This document shows, in pieces, positions 1 through 13,928 of a DNA stretch of 64,000 nucleotides. A program made the translations under genes and the position numbers. This DNA is from Octopus vulgaris (taxonomy: Eukaryota), in contig OX597820.1 in the NCBI GenBank assembly GCA_951406725.2, positions 46,500,001 through 46,564,000 on the forward strand, in the 5' to 3' direction. The notes under the pieces were generated by a model. It was not told the DNA's origin. It searched no databases and saw only the letters and a program-made list of their open reading frames with translations. How positions within the stretch are numbered: the stretch's first letter is position 1; each line of letters opens with the position of its first letter.

Positions 1-346
1 GCGCGCACAGAAATATGAAGCTTTCCGCTTTACTTCTTTTGACAATCATCATACATAGAGAGAAATTTCGACAGTTAGTACTTAAAATGACAAGCTCCCG
101 TCTTGTGTACAAGCATTATTTAAGGCACGCATTATCCTGCGAAACATATTACTTGTCTATGTAAAATTTTTTGCTTCTCTTTCTGGATTATTACAACAAG
201 CCATTTTAGAGAGTAGATATTACTTAGTAAAATATCAGGTAAGGTTGTTAATTATATCTTTGATTACCGCCTTGTACTTTATATATATATACCTATATAT
301 ATACATGTGTGTGTGTGTCTGTAAGTATATATATATATATATATAT

Positions 347-403
<57 letters not shown>

Positions 404-405
<2 letters not shown>

Positions 406-707
406 AGGCGCAATGGCCTAGTGGTTAGGGCAGCGGACTCGCGGTCGCAGGATCGCGGTTTCGATTCCCAGACCGTACACAATGCCTGTACACAAGACGG
501 GAGCTTGTGTGTGTTTATTGAGCGAAAACACCTAAAAAGGGGGTGGTGATCCCCGCTGTACTCTTTCACCACTCTTTCTCCCACTCTTTCTTCTGTTGGC
601 CTGCTCGCTTAGCCAGCGGGGTGGCGTGTTTCGAAGGCTAAAACAATGCGAATGCATTGTGACCAGCGATGTGTAACAACATCTGATGGTCTGGTCGGTC
701 ACGTGAT

Positions 708-714
<7 letters not shown>
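404..714 (+). mobile_element. tRNA-derived SINE, family A (also 57667-57935 +, partial 16105-16260 -)
   Basis: A box TGGCCTAGTGG, B box GGTTTCGATTCC; 3' end GTCACGTGATCACGTGA, in microsatellites. Confidence 0.75.
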
Positions 715-746
<32 letters not shown>

Positions 747-764
747 TATATGTGTGTGTGTGTG

Positions 765-800
<36 letters not shown>

Positions 801-894
801 ATATATATGTGCGTGTGTGTGTGTGTGCGTGCAATGATTATGACTATAGAGAATATAGAGACTGGTATATCCTCAAAATTTACAGCATATTTTT

Positions 895-1454
895 GGCGAA
901 GGTAAATGAGGTGTACACCTCCCATTTGTATGTTTTCGATATTAGAAGAATACGATTTTGCCCCCAAATCACGTTTCCTAAATTTTTATTTCCCCCACCC
1001 CGCCCCAATTTATTAACTTAATTTTTTTCGAATTCTTTTTTTTTTATTAATCCACGGACAAAAATACAGAGATTACGAATCTGGGAATTTTTTCTTCATT
1101 TTTTTTTCTTCCCACTTTACCCACCCATCACCTCCCTGCTTTCAAAAAATTAAAAAACTCAGAATGTTTCACTTTCGTCTTTTTCACGCATGCGTAGAAT
1201 TCTATTGAAATAGCAGACGTTAAAAAATATCAGACCACCACCAGAAAACCCGATATGCTAGAAACAACAGCTAAATTCGATAAAAAAAAATTAATAAGTT
1301 GGAGCGCGGTTGGAGATAAAAAAAATTTTGAAAACGTGATTTTTAGGCAAAATCGTATTCTCCTATATCGAAAACATAGAAATCCGAGAAAAAAAAATTA
1401 AAAAAAAAAGAAAACCATCGGAAATGTATGGTGTACACGTCCTTTACCTTCGCC
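895..1454. mobile_element. MITE with imperfect TIRs
   Basis: GGCGAAGGTAAA.GA.GTGTACACC at both ends, plus subterminal inverted blocks. Confidence 0.6.
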
Positions 1455-1747
1455 ATGGTTGAAAGATCCTGAACGAAACGGGGCAAGATTTCCGCCCGTC
1501 CCCACCCTTAAACCACACTTTTTCAAATTTTTCTTTTGACACAACTTCGGCTACGGAGAATACTAATCTGCAAAAAAAAATTGGCAAAAATCGAAATTTC
1601 TAAATTACTACCCCACCCACCCCCATTTCCTTCATTTTTAACTTTTTTCACAATTTTTTTTTTCAAAATATGCGGAAAAATACGGAGATTATGATTCTGA
1701 AAAACAAATTCCCAAAATCTTTGTAAATTTTTTTTTTAAGAATGGAC

Positions 1748-1908
1748 AGGCTGTGTGGTAAGTAGCTTGCTTACAAACCACATGGTTCCAGGTTCAGTTC
1801 CACCGCATGGCATCTTGGACAAGTGTCTTCTACTATAGCTTCGGGCCGACCAAAGCCTCGTGAGTGGATTTGGTAGGCGGAAACTGAAAGAAGCGCGTCG
1901 TAAACATG

Positions 1909-1955
<47 letters not shown>

Positions 1956-2147
1956 CCCTCCAACAACGCTTGACAACCGATGCTGGTGTGTTTACGTCTC
2001 CGTAACTTAGCGGTTCGGCGAAAGAGACCGATAGAATAAGTTCTCGGCTTACAAAGAATAAGTCCTGGGTCGATTTGCTTGACTAAAGGCGGTACTCTTG
2101 CATGGCCACAGTCAAATGACTGAAACAAGTAAAAGAGTAAAGAGTAC
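1748..2147 (+). mobile_element. SINE family B with internal microsatellite; many copies (e.g. 13930-14330, 14455-14905, 42050-42840, 43505-43875, 50610-51035 on -; 63357-63990 on +)
   Basis: tRNA-like head ggctgtgtggtaagtagcttgc...ggttcagt; shared body; (AAAGAGTA)n-like tail. Confidence 0.75.
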
Positions 2148-2153
2148 ATCAAA

Positions 2154-3257
2154 GAGGGACAAAAAACGAGGAGGGTAGCCAAAGGTTATTAGAAACAATT
2201 ACCAAATCTCCTTTAAATCACACACCTTTTCGTCTGAAAATATTTACATTTTTTAAATTTTTACCGAAAAGGCTTCTCCCATGTTTTTTAAGTGCGTAGT
2301 GCAAAAAAAGATTTAGCCAGAACTGTTCTGGAAGTGGGAGGCCAGGAAAGGGAGGGGTGAGAAGGGGAGGGCAGGAGGCGAGAAGGGGAAGGAACAGGGA
2401 GTGAGAAGGGTGACGAGAAGGAAGCGAGAAGGGCGTGAGAAGGGCGGTGAGAAGCGAGAAGGGATGTGTGAAAAAAAATCATAAATTTTCAAAAAGATTT
2501 TTCATCAAAAGATGCCCCTCTCACACATCATTTCGAAGGCTGTAGTGAAAAGTAAATTCGAAAAGTCACCGACAAAACGGAGAAAATCGACGTCCTAATC
2601 CGAAACGTCGCCTCCTAGAAGACTTTCGAAATAGCAAACCCACACAAGATGGATTTTCTCCGTTTTGACGAGAATTTTTCAAATTTCTTTTTTTCACCGC
2701 ATTTTTACAAATGATGGGCGGAGCGAGTTTCCGGACCACTTTCATCCATTTTTTCTTCGCACAACGCACTTAAAAACAATGGAAAACGCCTTTTCAGTCT
2801 AAATAAAAATTGAAAAATTCATTAATTTTTTCAACATCCCATTCCCACTCAGTATCGATTTTGTTATCAATGTTTTATAACACTACACACTTAAAAAGCC
2901 TAGGGAGAAACCTTGAAGGTTAAAAAAAAATGTTTGGAAATCGGCGTTCACCATTATAATTCCCACTTCCTTTATTTTCAAATAGAAAATGTAACTAAAT
3001 TTAAAAACAGTAATAAATTTTAAAAGAATTTTTATTAACTCCCCCGCCCCAACCCTACAAATCCTAAAATTTCAAATGTTTTCGAATTTTTTAAAATCAG
3101 AATTTTAAAATACGGTCAGTCTAAAACTACAATTTGTTTCTGTTTATAATTTCAAAATAATTTTCAGATGAAAAGGTGTGTTATTTAAGGGAGATTTAGA
3201 TGTCGTTTCTAGCACATCCCACAGCCACCTGATGACTTCCTCGTTTCTTTGTCGCTC
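2154..3257. mobile_element. Non-autonomous DNA transposon with long imperfect TIRs
   Basis: GAG.GACAAA.AAACGAGGA and aaatctcc.ttaaat.acacaccttttc.tctgaaaat mirrored at both ends. Confidence 0.6.
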
Positions 3258-3639
3258 TCGTATTGATGATTTTCAAAATTTTTCTCCCCATAAGCATTTA
3301 TTATGGAATGATAATGCGATCGTCTATTGCAGGAATTTGAGCAACAACAAAATTATTAGAATATGTAACCTCCACTCCACATCAGGTAACTCCATACCCT
3401 TATCGTACCTCTTTTAAATCACTCTGTTGCCCTTATGACATTCATTACACACATGCATGCGCATACACACACACACATAGCGAGTGCTATATTCTTTTAT
3501 AGAGAGCGAGAAAGTTCGGCATGAGAAAATGAAAGAGACAGATAAACGAGAGAAGGGGAAAGAGAGAGAGTGAATGCCGCCATTTTATTGTATTCTACAT
3601 TCTAAAACACTTGTAATTCGCATTTAAAGAAAAAAATTT

Positions 3640-4440
3640 GGATCTTTACCTTTTGACCGGCAGATTTAGAAAATAATCTTTTGTAACTAAACACTTTCAA
3701 ACTTCGTATACTGGTAGAATGTGTCATATAAAACATCTTTTACTCTTAACGTTTTTGAGAAAAGTTTATGTTTACGAAGTTATTTCATGTTAAAGTTCTC
3801 GTATTTCGGTAATTTCAACCAATCAATGACGTGTATTCAGCTGAAGAAAATTACTGCCGTTGTTTGTCAACAACTATCGGCAGTGTATATTTCGTTTGTC
3901 AGTGTTATTTATAACATCGTTCATGCGTTTGTACTGGTTTTAGCTTTAAGGTTTTAGGGTTAGGGTTGGGGTTTTAGGGTTAGAGTTACAGAAAAATGAA
4001 GAAATTGGAGGGGTAGGGGGCAAAAAAGTCTTTCTGAAAATAGTAGCTGAAAAACAGGTAAAAAACCCCTAAAAGCAGTAGAAATGCACGAACGATTATG
4101 GTGGTGCCATGAAGTACATGCTTCAGATACACTCGTTTATTCATACAAACCTAACTGAGATGAAATATGTCATAAATAACAGTGACAAACGAAATATACA
4201 CAGCTGGAAGTTGTTGTTGACAAACAACAACAGTAATTTTTATGCAGCTGAATACACGTCATTGATTGGTTGAAATTACCGAAATACGAGAACTTTAACA
4301 CGAAATAACTTCGTAAACATGAACTTTTCTCAAAAACATTAAGAGTAAAAGACGTTTTATATGACACATTCTACCAGTATACGAAGTTTGAAACTGTTTA
4401 GTTACAAAAAATCATTTTCTAAATCTACCGGTAAAGATCC
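3640..4440. mobile_element. Foldback MITE with about 270-bp terminal inverted repeats
   Basis: 3640 to about 3915 is the reverse complement of about 4170-4440. The spacer has TTAGGG-like repeats. No clean TSD. Confidence 0.75.
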
Positions 4441-5689
4441 AAAATTCTTATCCCTTTTAATTTTAGGATGGACGTTCTTTTCGTTATTTTTTGTCTGCTT
4501 TAGCCACGAACTCTTACTGTGCAGTCTTCAAAATTACTTGTTACATTATTTGAAATATGTTTTCTATTAATTGTTCCTTAATATGTTAACCTATTTTTTC
4601 TTGCTATTCGTTTGTGCAATTTGTTTTTGTGTCGTCTTTTCACTTCATTTAGTATTGCAATATCTCGTACCGTGTTTGTGTCTGGTACCATTTTCAATGA
4701 GCAAATATGGCTAGCACATGTTAGTAAAATTTATAAAAACAAATCTTTTTCTTTCTACTTGATGGTATTGGAGGTAGGCCTTCCTCTGATAACTATATCC
4801 TTCAAGAAAAAGTTAATTTACATATTGTACAACCGATGTTTCTCGCCACTTTGGGTTACCAAAGTGGATATATCTGCACAAAATTTTATTATTGTGAACT
4901 GTGGAAAGCAGTATTACTCCACAGATTCAAAAGCACAAAAAACTCTCCTTACGCCGCGCGAGAAGTGGAGACACTTATTGCAAAAGATGGCTTTTCATAT
5001 TTTTTTAAATTTTTATTCAAATATCTCTTGAATATCTCTTTACAGAGCCACTTTTGGAGATGGATCCGAAAACTGTACCTGCAGAAGATTCTGAAAAGTA
5101 TTGCAGAAGCAGAAAATACCACTTCTTTTTTTCTTTTGTTTCTTTTTTTATCCCTGGTCGGACGATTTCATATTTATCAGGATAAAATTTATTGCTAAAC
5201 ATATCGGATCCTTATTCACCATTTGTGCTTAATTACAAAAAATCTAAAAGCATGATGACCAGATATTTTTAACGGTGTAACGGAATATATTATTATTTCA
5301 AATTACATTTCGTCCTGAATTCAACTTTAATTTTCAAGGAATTTATTAGAGACTGTTGACACGTTTGGAAGATAAAAACGGAAAGTGTATTAATTTAGTA
5401 TAGAATGTTCAAAAACCAATTTAACCAGTTAGAGATATTTTGCAAAGTTCGCGAGCAACATTGGAGTACTGTTCATGTATTTGGTATGCTGTTACTGCTA
5501 TAACATAAAAGGGTTATTGATCTTCGACTCGACTGATTACCAGACAACCATTCACTACACCTTCGAGCTCTGATTAACTGACAAAAATCAAATCACAAAA
5601 AACTTTTCAACCACTGGTTCAAAGACATCTGATTGATTGACTAATATTCTATCATCAACACATTTCAATTACAAGCTTATAGACGAGTT

Positions 5690-6180
5690 ATTTTTCTCGT
5701 TCTGTATGCCTGATCTCCAAACTTCTCTCTAAACATTAGCTTCAAGGTTCATCCAAGACTTGGACCACGGGCTATACGTCCCCTGCCCAATTCAAGATCA
5801 CAACATACATGTACACTGCGACATAATTTCTTTTCCTCAACAGGCCCTGCCCTATTTAACATTGTCCCGAGGAGATCAAAGAGGAAAAGAATCCCATCAA
5901 CTTTAAACAGAGTCTGGATAGATTCCTTCAAAGAATACCAGATAAGCCACCCATAATTGGATACAACTCACCCAACAAGAACTCACTACTTGAACAAAAC
6001 TGGATACAACTCACCCAACAAGAACTCACTACTTGAACAAAACTTGACTTAAACAAAACTTAACTTAAACAAAACTTGACTTAAACAGGATTCGAATAAT
6101 CCTATCAGGTGGTGCTATTAAGTTAGACATGGCCTGGACCAATCTTTGGTCGAAACATATCTAAGTTTATCTAAGTCTAA
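5690..6180 (+). mobile_element. Decayed copy of the same CR1-type LINE 3' end
   Basis: Shares the caggtggtgctattaagttagacatggcctgg 3' UTR and the KVHPRLGPRAIRP region. Internal 43-bp tandem duplication at 5958-6043. Confidence 0.7.
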
Positions 6181-6957
6181 ACACATCGCTGCCATTTCAT
6201 TCCCAGAACAACAACACATCTTTCAGAATCTTCTCATTGGTTACATATTACTCTGAAAAGGCCATAAACAACTTCTTTTCACAGATTTAATAATAATAAT
6301 AAGAAGAAGAATGACAACAACAATCTGAGCCAAAAGGGAGCCTATAGTCGTTCTACCAATGAGAAATAACCGAACCATCTTTAGAAAATGACACCGTTCC
6401 AAAATTACTAAATGCGAAAAAATAACAAACAGAAAAAATTAAAACAGACAGATGATCACGTATTGAACGATCTTTATTTGTTGGATTTAGACTGACCTTC
6501 GGCTTAAACATCAATAATTTGGTCTCAGTTCTGTTGAGTTCTATGGTGTTCGCCACATTTATGTAGACAGAGGTGAAATATCTATTGCAAGTGATGCACA
6601 CAGGAGTTCTGCTTTTAATGGAATCAAGAATTTCGGTGTCCAGTAATGCAAAAATCTCAATTCTTCTATCACCGCATCAATCTGAAAACATCGCAACTTT
6701 CAATAAGCTATAGATTTACGTCAGTATTTTTATTCTAATTATCTGAATTTAATATTGTAGCCCTTTTAAGAAGCATATTATAGCACCATCAACTTCAGAA
6801 TTGATAGGAATGCATCTAGACACACAACATTAAAATTTCTAAAGCCATTCTAAATATAGACAAAATTTTCCAAGTGAAGAACAAGACCAAATCGAAAGAA
6901 CATAAATATCAATACACGATACAATATTTATATAGATAACAACAACAGCAACAAATA

Positions 6958-7111
6958 ATGGCTTCTATTGATGAACGTATCAAGTCATATGTAATTTCCA
7001 TATTAACTATATTCATGATGTGCCAATTTCTGTTGGCAATTCTAGCATCCCAAAGAACTCCCGTTGGCACTCTCTCTTTCAGTTACAGGAACACACAGGC
7101 GATATTTCAGG
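6958..7111 (+). CDS. GCNT-family (core-2/I-branching beta-1,6-N-acetylglucosaminyltransferase) coding exon 1: short cytosolic tail plus type II transmembrane anchor
   Basis: ATG at 6958 gives MASIDERIKSYVISILTIFMMCQFLLAILASQ..., a hydrophobic anchor. Donor G|GTGAGT at 7111/7112 is phase 1, matching the next exon (G+AT = Asp). Confidence 0.75.
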
Positions 7112-7379
7112 GTGAGTACATAGTCTCATATTTTATGGGAATTTGACATGTAAGCCCAATGTAGAATGCGCGCACCCCTCCACACACACACGCACTCACT
7201 CTCACACACACATACTCTCATACACACAAAAACACACGCACAACACACATAAAACACATGCATACGTACATACACACACATACACAAAACATACGCACAT
7301 GCACACAACACACACACATACACACACACATACACACACAACACACAAAACACACACAAAACATTCACACACGCCACAC

Positions 7380-7870
7380 AGACAAGGTCTTCCATATTTA
7401 AGGAGCTAGACGTCAGGTTTATTTAGCTAGGGCTGTAGCAGATAGGAAAATATCTGCCTATGTCGTACAGGGTGAAGATCAGACTTGAGGTGTCCCGGAT
7501 TGCTAGACAGTATGTCAGAGAGAATCGAGATGTTGTGGCAGAGGTGTGTGCACGGATGGATAATGGTATGCTTGTACTTAGTGATTCTGACAAGAAAGAG
7601 GCATGGAAGAGTTGCTATACAAGGCTATTAAATGTGGAGAATGAATATCATAAAGGGAATCTCCCACGTGTGAACCTAACAAAGGAACTATCTATCTTAG
7701 TATGGTAGATAAGACAAAGATATGAAAACAGGGAAAGCATCTGGACCATCTGGAGTCACTGGTGAGACCCTCAAAATATCTGGTAGAGTAGGAATACGGA
7801 TTTTTCAAATCCACATGCACCAAATACACACAAGACATCCCCAAAATATCTGGTAGGGTAGGATACGGGT
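7380..7870 (+). mobile_element. RTE-clade LINE fragment
   Basis: RIARQYVRENRDVV...KKEAWKSCYTRLLNVENE, then a MKTGKASGPSG-like segment. Confidence 0.6.
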
Positions 7871-7955
7871 TAGCCAAACTCAAATGCACCAAATACACAT
7901 AAGTCACACACTAACAGAAAGCACCAGTTTCTGCCCATAAGGTAACCCATGATAT

Positions 7956-7993
<38 letters not shown>

Positions 7994-8472
7994 CTTATGT
8001 CCACACAAACATTTGAACTCTATAAACAAATCATCTGTGGTTGTACGAGAAGAAACTGTCGAACCCTCATACGTCGTCTAACGATGGGAGAGTCCATCAT
8101 ATGTATATGTAAACATTTATATATATATATATAAATATACATACATATATATACATACATATTTTATATATTGTTATTTCGCACGTTCGGATAGCGTGCT
8201 TTCGACAATAACGTACCTCTACTCAACAACCGAACTCTCACTTCCGACGATTCGACTCAACAGAACTCGACGTCTAGTCTACACACCGTTTCTTTATTTT
8301 GGCCCTACGGCCATAACATAGAGGGGATAGCACAAGACAAAGCAATACATTGGACTAAATGAAAGTACATTTCGGATGAATTATGAATATAATTTAAATG
8401 GGTAGTTCCATTTTACTGTTTTTTAAATTACAGTTTTAATTTACCGTCTTGTGTCTTTTCCTTAACACAAAA

Positions 8473-9330
8473 TTACAACAAATGCTGTATTAATTCGTCA
8501 AAAAATACAACGTGCGGCAGCTCATCGTATCTATACTGAAATTGTGTTATTTCAACACTTTTTTTTCTAAATAGTTCTACTATCCACTCCCCTCTTTCTC
8601 TCTCCAACAGCATACCCTTCTTACCTTCAAGGTTTCCCATTTTCACTCTGATTATATTTTTCATTTTTGTTACTCTCTTTTCAATTTCGACCCTTTTTTT
8701 TTCATATAGTACGAGGATTCTTAAGTGTTTCCCTGTAGGTTTCGTTTTCTGATATCCTTTACCACTCTCTTCGTCCGTCATAAATGTCTCTGTCTCTTTC
8801 GTTTCCTTTCTTCTTTCGCACTCCTTCTTCCTTGCTCGTTGAAGGCGACGGTTCGTGCGTTCGCATTTCACTTGGTTTTTCATTTGGTTTTTCATTTTGT
8901 CTCTTTTCTTTCTTATCCTTCTCTTCGTTTGTCTTTCTTTTTTTTCTCCTTGGGGCTTTTTGGTGGTGGTTCTAATTTCATTTCACCACCGTAAATGGTT
9001 CCTCCATTTTTTCTTCCTCTACGGCTCTACTCTCTTCTTGAATTTCTTTTTCTGTTATTTCCTCATCGTGTTTCTGGGAACACTTGGCTTTCATGTGTCC
9101 CCTTACTCCACACAAAAAACATATTGGAAGTGTACCCTCCACAACAATCCTCAATCTAGTCTCATCCGGCAAAACCAGCTCTTCCACAATCTTATGGAGG
9201 TCTGGCAGACTTATATGGACTGTCACTTCTAGCCCATATCCCCATCACTTCACCTCCGGAATTTTTGACATTTTCAAAATTTCTGCATCTTCCTCTGTAT
9301 GGTAGAGTATGGCTGCCACCAGCCAGGTCT
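8473..9330 (-). mobile_element. Decayed gag/ORF1-like retroelement sequence with CCHC knuckle
   Basis: CFLCGVRGHMKAKC followed by a K/E/R-rich tract; interrupted by stops. Confidence 0.5.
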
Positions 9331-9368
9331 CGTCAATTTCAGGAGGAACTCTACCTATCCTTACCAGC

Positions 9369-9513
<145 letters not shown>

Positions 9514-9699
9514 GAGAGAGAGAGAGAGAGTATTGGCCTGTCAGTATGTAATTTGGAGATAACTTGTTCGTTATCAACGACTACGTATGAAGTGTAGGTA
9601 ATAATATATGTATTTTTTGTTATACTGTTATTTGTTTTATACTCTTGGAGTTAGAGAAAGGGAGAGAGAGAAATAGAAGTGAAGTCAAGATAAAGGAAA

Positions 9700-10000
9700 A
9701 AGAGGCGGTCTTGAAGAGAGTAGAGATTGAGTTTTTAGTCGACCCAACTAATCAATACCTCTCATGCTGCCTATCTTTCTTGTGATTGACCTACTTTCAT
9801 AGAGTTGCTTCGTATCGGGGGACCACAGTATTCAAGGTGGGGTAGGGCAAAACTAGAGTAGAGAAGGATGATGTTGTAGGCATCTCCAGCTCGGAAAGTT
9901 CTCAGAATTCAGAAGCACATCTTACGGGCCAAGTCAACCTTGCTGTTTACATGAAAACTCCAGCTTAGATTGTTATGAACAATTACTTCAAGGTCTCTGG
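9700..10000 (-). mobile_element. Decayed CR1-type LINE RT fragment
   Basis: Similar to 11150-11330 (ggaccacagtattcaaggtgggg...gggcaaaa). Confidence 0.55.
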
Positions 10001-10107
10001 TGAGTCATGGTCCAGAGAGTTAATGGTAGTATCACGTACGAATGTTTTTTTTTCTCTGATAAACGAATATATTCATCTTCTGTTATCTTTTCGTTGCCAT
10101 ATATGTG

Positions 10108-10154
<47 letters not shown>

Positions 10155-10532
10155 ATGTGTATATATATATATATATATATAATGGACTCTTGGACTCTCT
10201 CGTCGTGTTCAACGCACGGAGGCCAAGGAATTTTACATTTTTCTCTTTTTCTTTTCTTTTATCAAGTTGATCTTGATAAAAAGTGAAGTGAACAAATCCT
10301 TTGAGCAACCCACACAGGTATTTGTTTAAAGTGACAATGGTTTTTATGGGAACATTTATTCGTTTTGGTATTACTGATAATAACACGTGTACCAAAAGAC
10401 TGATGAACAATAGAACACGGATGGCCGTTTCATCGTCCTTTGACATGTCCTGTTTTTCCTTCCGCTAGCTGTCTAATAATCACTCTTCTCACCCAGTAAG
10501 TTTGATGGGGGTTGCTGGTTACATTCATACAT

Positions 10533-10580
<48 letters not shown>

Positions 10581-10582
<2 letters not shown>

Positions 10583-11410
10583 TTTGATACTTTGATACTT
10601 TGATAGGTTTCGGCCATTATTGGCCCAGGCCATGTCTAACTTAATAGCACCACCTGGTGAAGTCTTTCAAGTCAGAATTTGGGCACTATGGCCCACTCAA
10701 GTAGAGAATTATTGCTTACAGAGACATATCCGGGTGTAGGGGGTTTATCCGGGATTTCTTGAAGGAATCTGTCCAAAGACTTCTTGAACCCTATAGGGTC
10801 AGTTTCTGTTTTAATGTGTTTTGGTGTAATGTTAAAGAGAGCGGGGCCAATTGAGGTGAAATAATTGTGCCGTACTGTTGTTATGAGATGAGAGTGCGAT
10901 TTTTGTTTTGGGCGGATGGCACGGGGCCCAAGCCTTGGATGTACCTTAAAGGTGATGCCAACATCATTTGGGCAATGCTGATGGAATATTTTCCACATCA
11001 TGCAGATGATGTAGCGCTCACGACGACGTTGGAGAGAATAAAGTTTTAGCTTTTCTAGTCGATCCCAATAGTCGAGGCCTGTCATGCCATCTGTCTTTTT
11101 TGTGATTGCCCTTTGAGGTGCTTCAACTTTTATGATACTTTGTATTGTGTGGGGAGACCACAGTGGACAACAGTATTCAAGGTGGGGTCGGGCAAAAGTG
11201 GAGAAGAGAAGGATAATGGTGTGGATATCTCTCGACTGGAAAGTTCTGAGAATCCAGGATTACATTCTGCGGGCCATGTCAACTTTGGTGTTTATATGAG
11301 TGGCCCAGCTTATGTTGTTGTCCACAATTACTCCCAAGTCTCTGATGTTGTTGGACGCCACGAGAGTTTCACCTGAAGGAAGGGAGTATGGGAGTTTCAG
11401 GGCATCCTCT
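10581..11410 (-). mobile_element. CR1/L2-type LINE 3' fragment
   Basis: IRDLGVIVD...; LDYWDRLEKLKLYSLQRRRER...FKKSLDRFL; octamer tail (TATCAAAG)3. Confidence 0.8.
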
Positions 11411-11517
11411 TTAATAATAACAAAATAATAAATAAAACATATGCATATATACATACATATATGTACGTACCTACATCTGTATGTATATATACATTCATAT
11501 ATGGGTACAGGACACCT

Positions 11518-11558
<41 letters not shown>

Positions 11559-11596
11559 GCATATATATCATATGTAATACACATATACAAATACAC

Positions 11597-11652
<56 letters not shown>

Positions 11653-11754
11653 ACAGTCGGCCAGACAGACAGATAGATTGATATATTTATATGTATGTAT
11701 ATGTATATATACACTCATATCTAATGCTTCATTTCCCTTTCTGTTTCTTTGTAG

Positions 11755-12645
11755 ATGATTTCACTTACAAAACGAATGACATTGACTGTAAGAAAGTATT
11801 TTCGGGTGATGAAAAGGAAATAAAACGATGCTTAAAATTTGACAAAAAATACGAGGCGATTACATTAAAGACTTACATGAATTGGACTCTTAACTGTGAA
11901 AAATTCCGACAGGAACGTCATTACGACAAATACATCGTGAGCGTGGCTGAGGAAGGATTTCCCATCGCCTACTCAATTGTGTTTCACAAAGACTTGGAAC
12001 AATTGGAAAGGTTACTCCGTAGTATCTATCGCCGACACAATATCTATTGCTTGCATGTGGACAAGAAAGCCAATAAGGAATTCATGTTAGCAGTTAAGGC
12101 TCTTGCAAACTGTTTCGATAATGTATTTATAGCATCTAAACTAGAGACTGTTGTTTATGCTTCAATGAGTCGACTTCAGGCTGACTTTAACTGCATGCAG
12201 GATTTGTTGAAAACCAAAACGCAGTGGAAATATCTTATCAATCTTTGTGGTCAAAGTTTCCCGTTAAAAACTAATTCCGAAATAGTCAAAATCCTGAAGA
12301 TATATAATGGTTCTAATGATATAGAAGGATTGACAAATGGAAAAGCATTACTGGGTCGTTCCAAATTCAAATACAAGATAATCAAAAAGAACAAAACACG
12401 GGATGAACTTATATTGGTCAAAACGAAAATACGTCAGCCAGATCCACCTCATAAAATCCGTCTAGTTAAAGGTAGCGCATATGGAGTGTTTTCCAGGGAT
12501 TTCGTGCACTATGTGAGCACGAGCAATATATCCAAGAATTTTCAGAAATGGGTCGCCGATGTGTACAGTCCTGATGAGTTCTTCTGGTCAACATTACATC
12601 ATGCTGCTTTCAACCCGCATCTTAATATTCCTGGATCCTACAGTG
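11755..12645 (+). CDS. GCNT-family glycosyltransferase (GT14/Branch domain) coding exon 2
   Basis: Acceptor ttctttgtag| at 11754. Motifs FPIAYSIVFHK, NIYCLHVDKK, SRLQADFNCM, WKYLINLCGQSFPLKTN, KGSAY, YSPDEFFWSTL. Donor G|GTAAG at 12645/12646. Confidence 0.93.
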
Positions 12646-13806
12646 GTAAGACATGCTGTTTACTTTCCCATGTGAGAATTTTTTGATGAAAATTATTGCG
12701 AATCCTTACCGTTTTATCATTATTTAGATTTATGTATGTAGTAGCATCCTATGTCTGTTTACAGTTGATATACCTATATTTGAAGGCTAGAAGTACCCAA
12801 CTGGAAGCAGTTTCATAAATATTAGATATTGTGTAAATGTGTGTGACTTAATGAGATAATGTGGGATAGTACACCCTGGGCTTTATTTTGCCTCACAGAT
12901 AAGTAGCATCGATTATAACTGATGATAAATTCAAACATCTGTAGGTAGGTGTATGTATGAATGAGAAGGAACGTAATTTTAGTGGGTTGCAGTTTAGAAG
13001 AATGAATGGAGGATGTGTTTACCGCGAATTATAAAAGGTTAGAATAGTAAGTCTGATGAGAAGAGAAACTGATATGTGTATCGATGTGGTTTTTTATTTA
13101 GGCTTTTTGAAAGGCTCAGTGACTGCTCAAGGCTTAACAATAGATCCTAGTCTTTGAGAAGACACAAACTGGGCCAAGAAAAGTATTGAAAACATTAGAA
13201 TATATTCAATACTAGCAAAACCTTTACAAAAATTGATATGTGCATTCTATTTTAAGAGATCACAACCTAGTGCAAAAAACAGGAAAGAAAAAACAAACAG
13301 AAAGGGCTGCTAAGCCTAAACGAGGTTGTGTTGGCGAACACGAAGAAACAAGCTTGGACAGGGGACAGACAAGAATACGTCTTCCTTGTCCAGCTGCAAC
13401 AGGAAGAAAGTATGAAACAGAAGTTAAAAGAAAAAGAAAAATGTCCGATGGTCACGTAGGAGCAACGTGAGCAAAGGAGGAAGAGTGATGAAGAGATAGT
13501 GACAGACAGAGAACTGTAAAGGGGAGAGGTAAAAATTTGGAGATAAAATAAGAGAGAAAAAAGAGAGGGAGAAGGGAAGGTAAACGAATAAGAGGTAAAA
13601 AGAGAGAAACGAAAGAGTAAAGGGATAGAATAGTGGGAGAAAAGGAGGTAAAAGAATAAGAGAAACAAACGGAGAAAACGAATGAGTAAGAGGATTGAAT
13701 AGTGGGAGAAGAAGAGGCAAAAGAAGAGAAAGGAAGAGAGAAAAACGAAAGAGTAATAGGAAGAATAGAGAGTCGCATCAGAATTATCACGATAAAACTT
13801 ACTACA

Positions 13807-13861
<55 letters not shown>

Positions 13862-13897
13862 ATTCACACACACATGCATATGTGTATGCATGTATGT

Positions 13898-13928
<31 letters not shown>

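Noticed and set aside
404-475. tRNA gene
   Set aside because: A and B boxes are present, but the sequence continues into a repeated SINE body, so it is a tRNA-derived SINE head.
279-1021. Many ORFs rich in YI, CV, HT or LSIY dipeptides, here and throughout the window
   Set aside because: They are translations of (TA)n, (TG)n, (ATAC)n and (TATC)n microsatellites and SINE bodies, not genes.
3950-3990. Telomere remnant (TTAGGG-like, also 33060-33085)
   Set aside because: Only a few degenerate units, the first set inside a MITE spacer; no evidence of a chromosome fusion.
8172-8318. TGTTAT...ATAACA as a solo LTR
   Set aside because: No matching TSD, PBS or second copy in the window.
11691-11754. 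ORF-track start (MYVYVYIHS...) for the glycosyltransferase
   Set aside because: Intronic read-through. A good acceptor at 11754 and a phase-compatible transmembrane exon at 6958-7111 fit better.
13050-13090. CTGATGAG-aaga-GAAAC as a hammerhead
   Set aside because: No stem II closing pair, and no convincing stem I or III.
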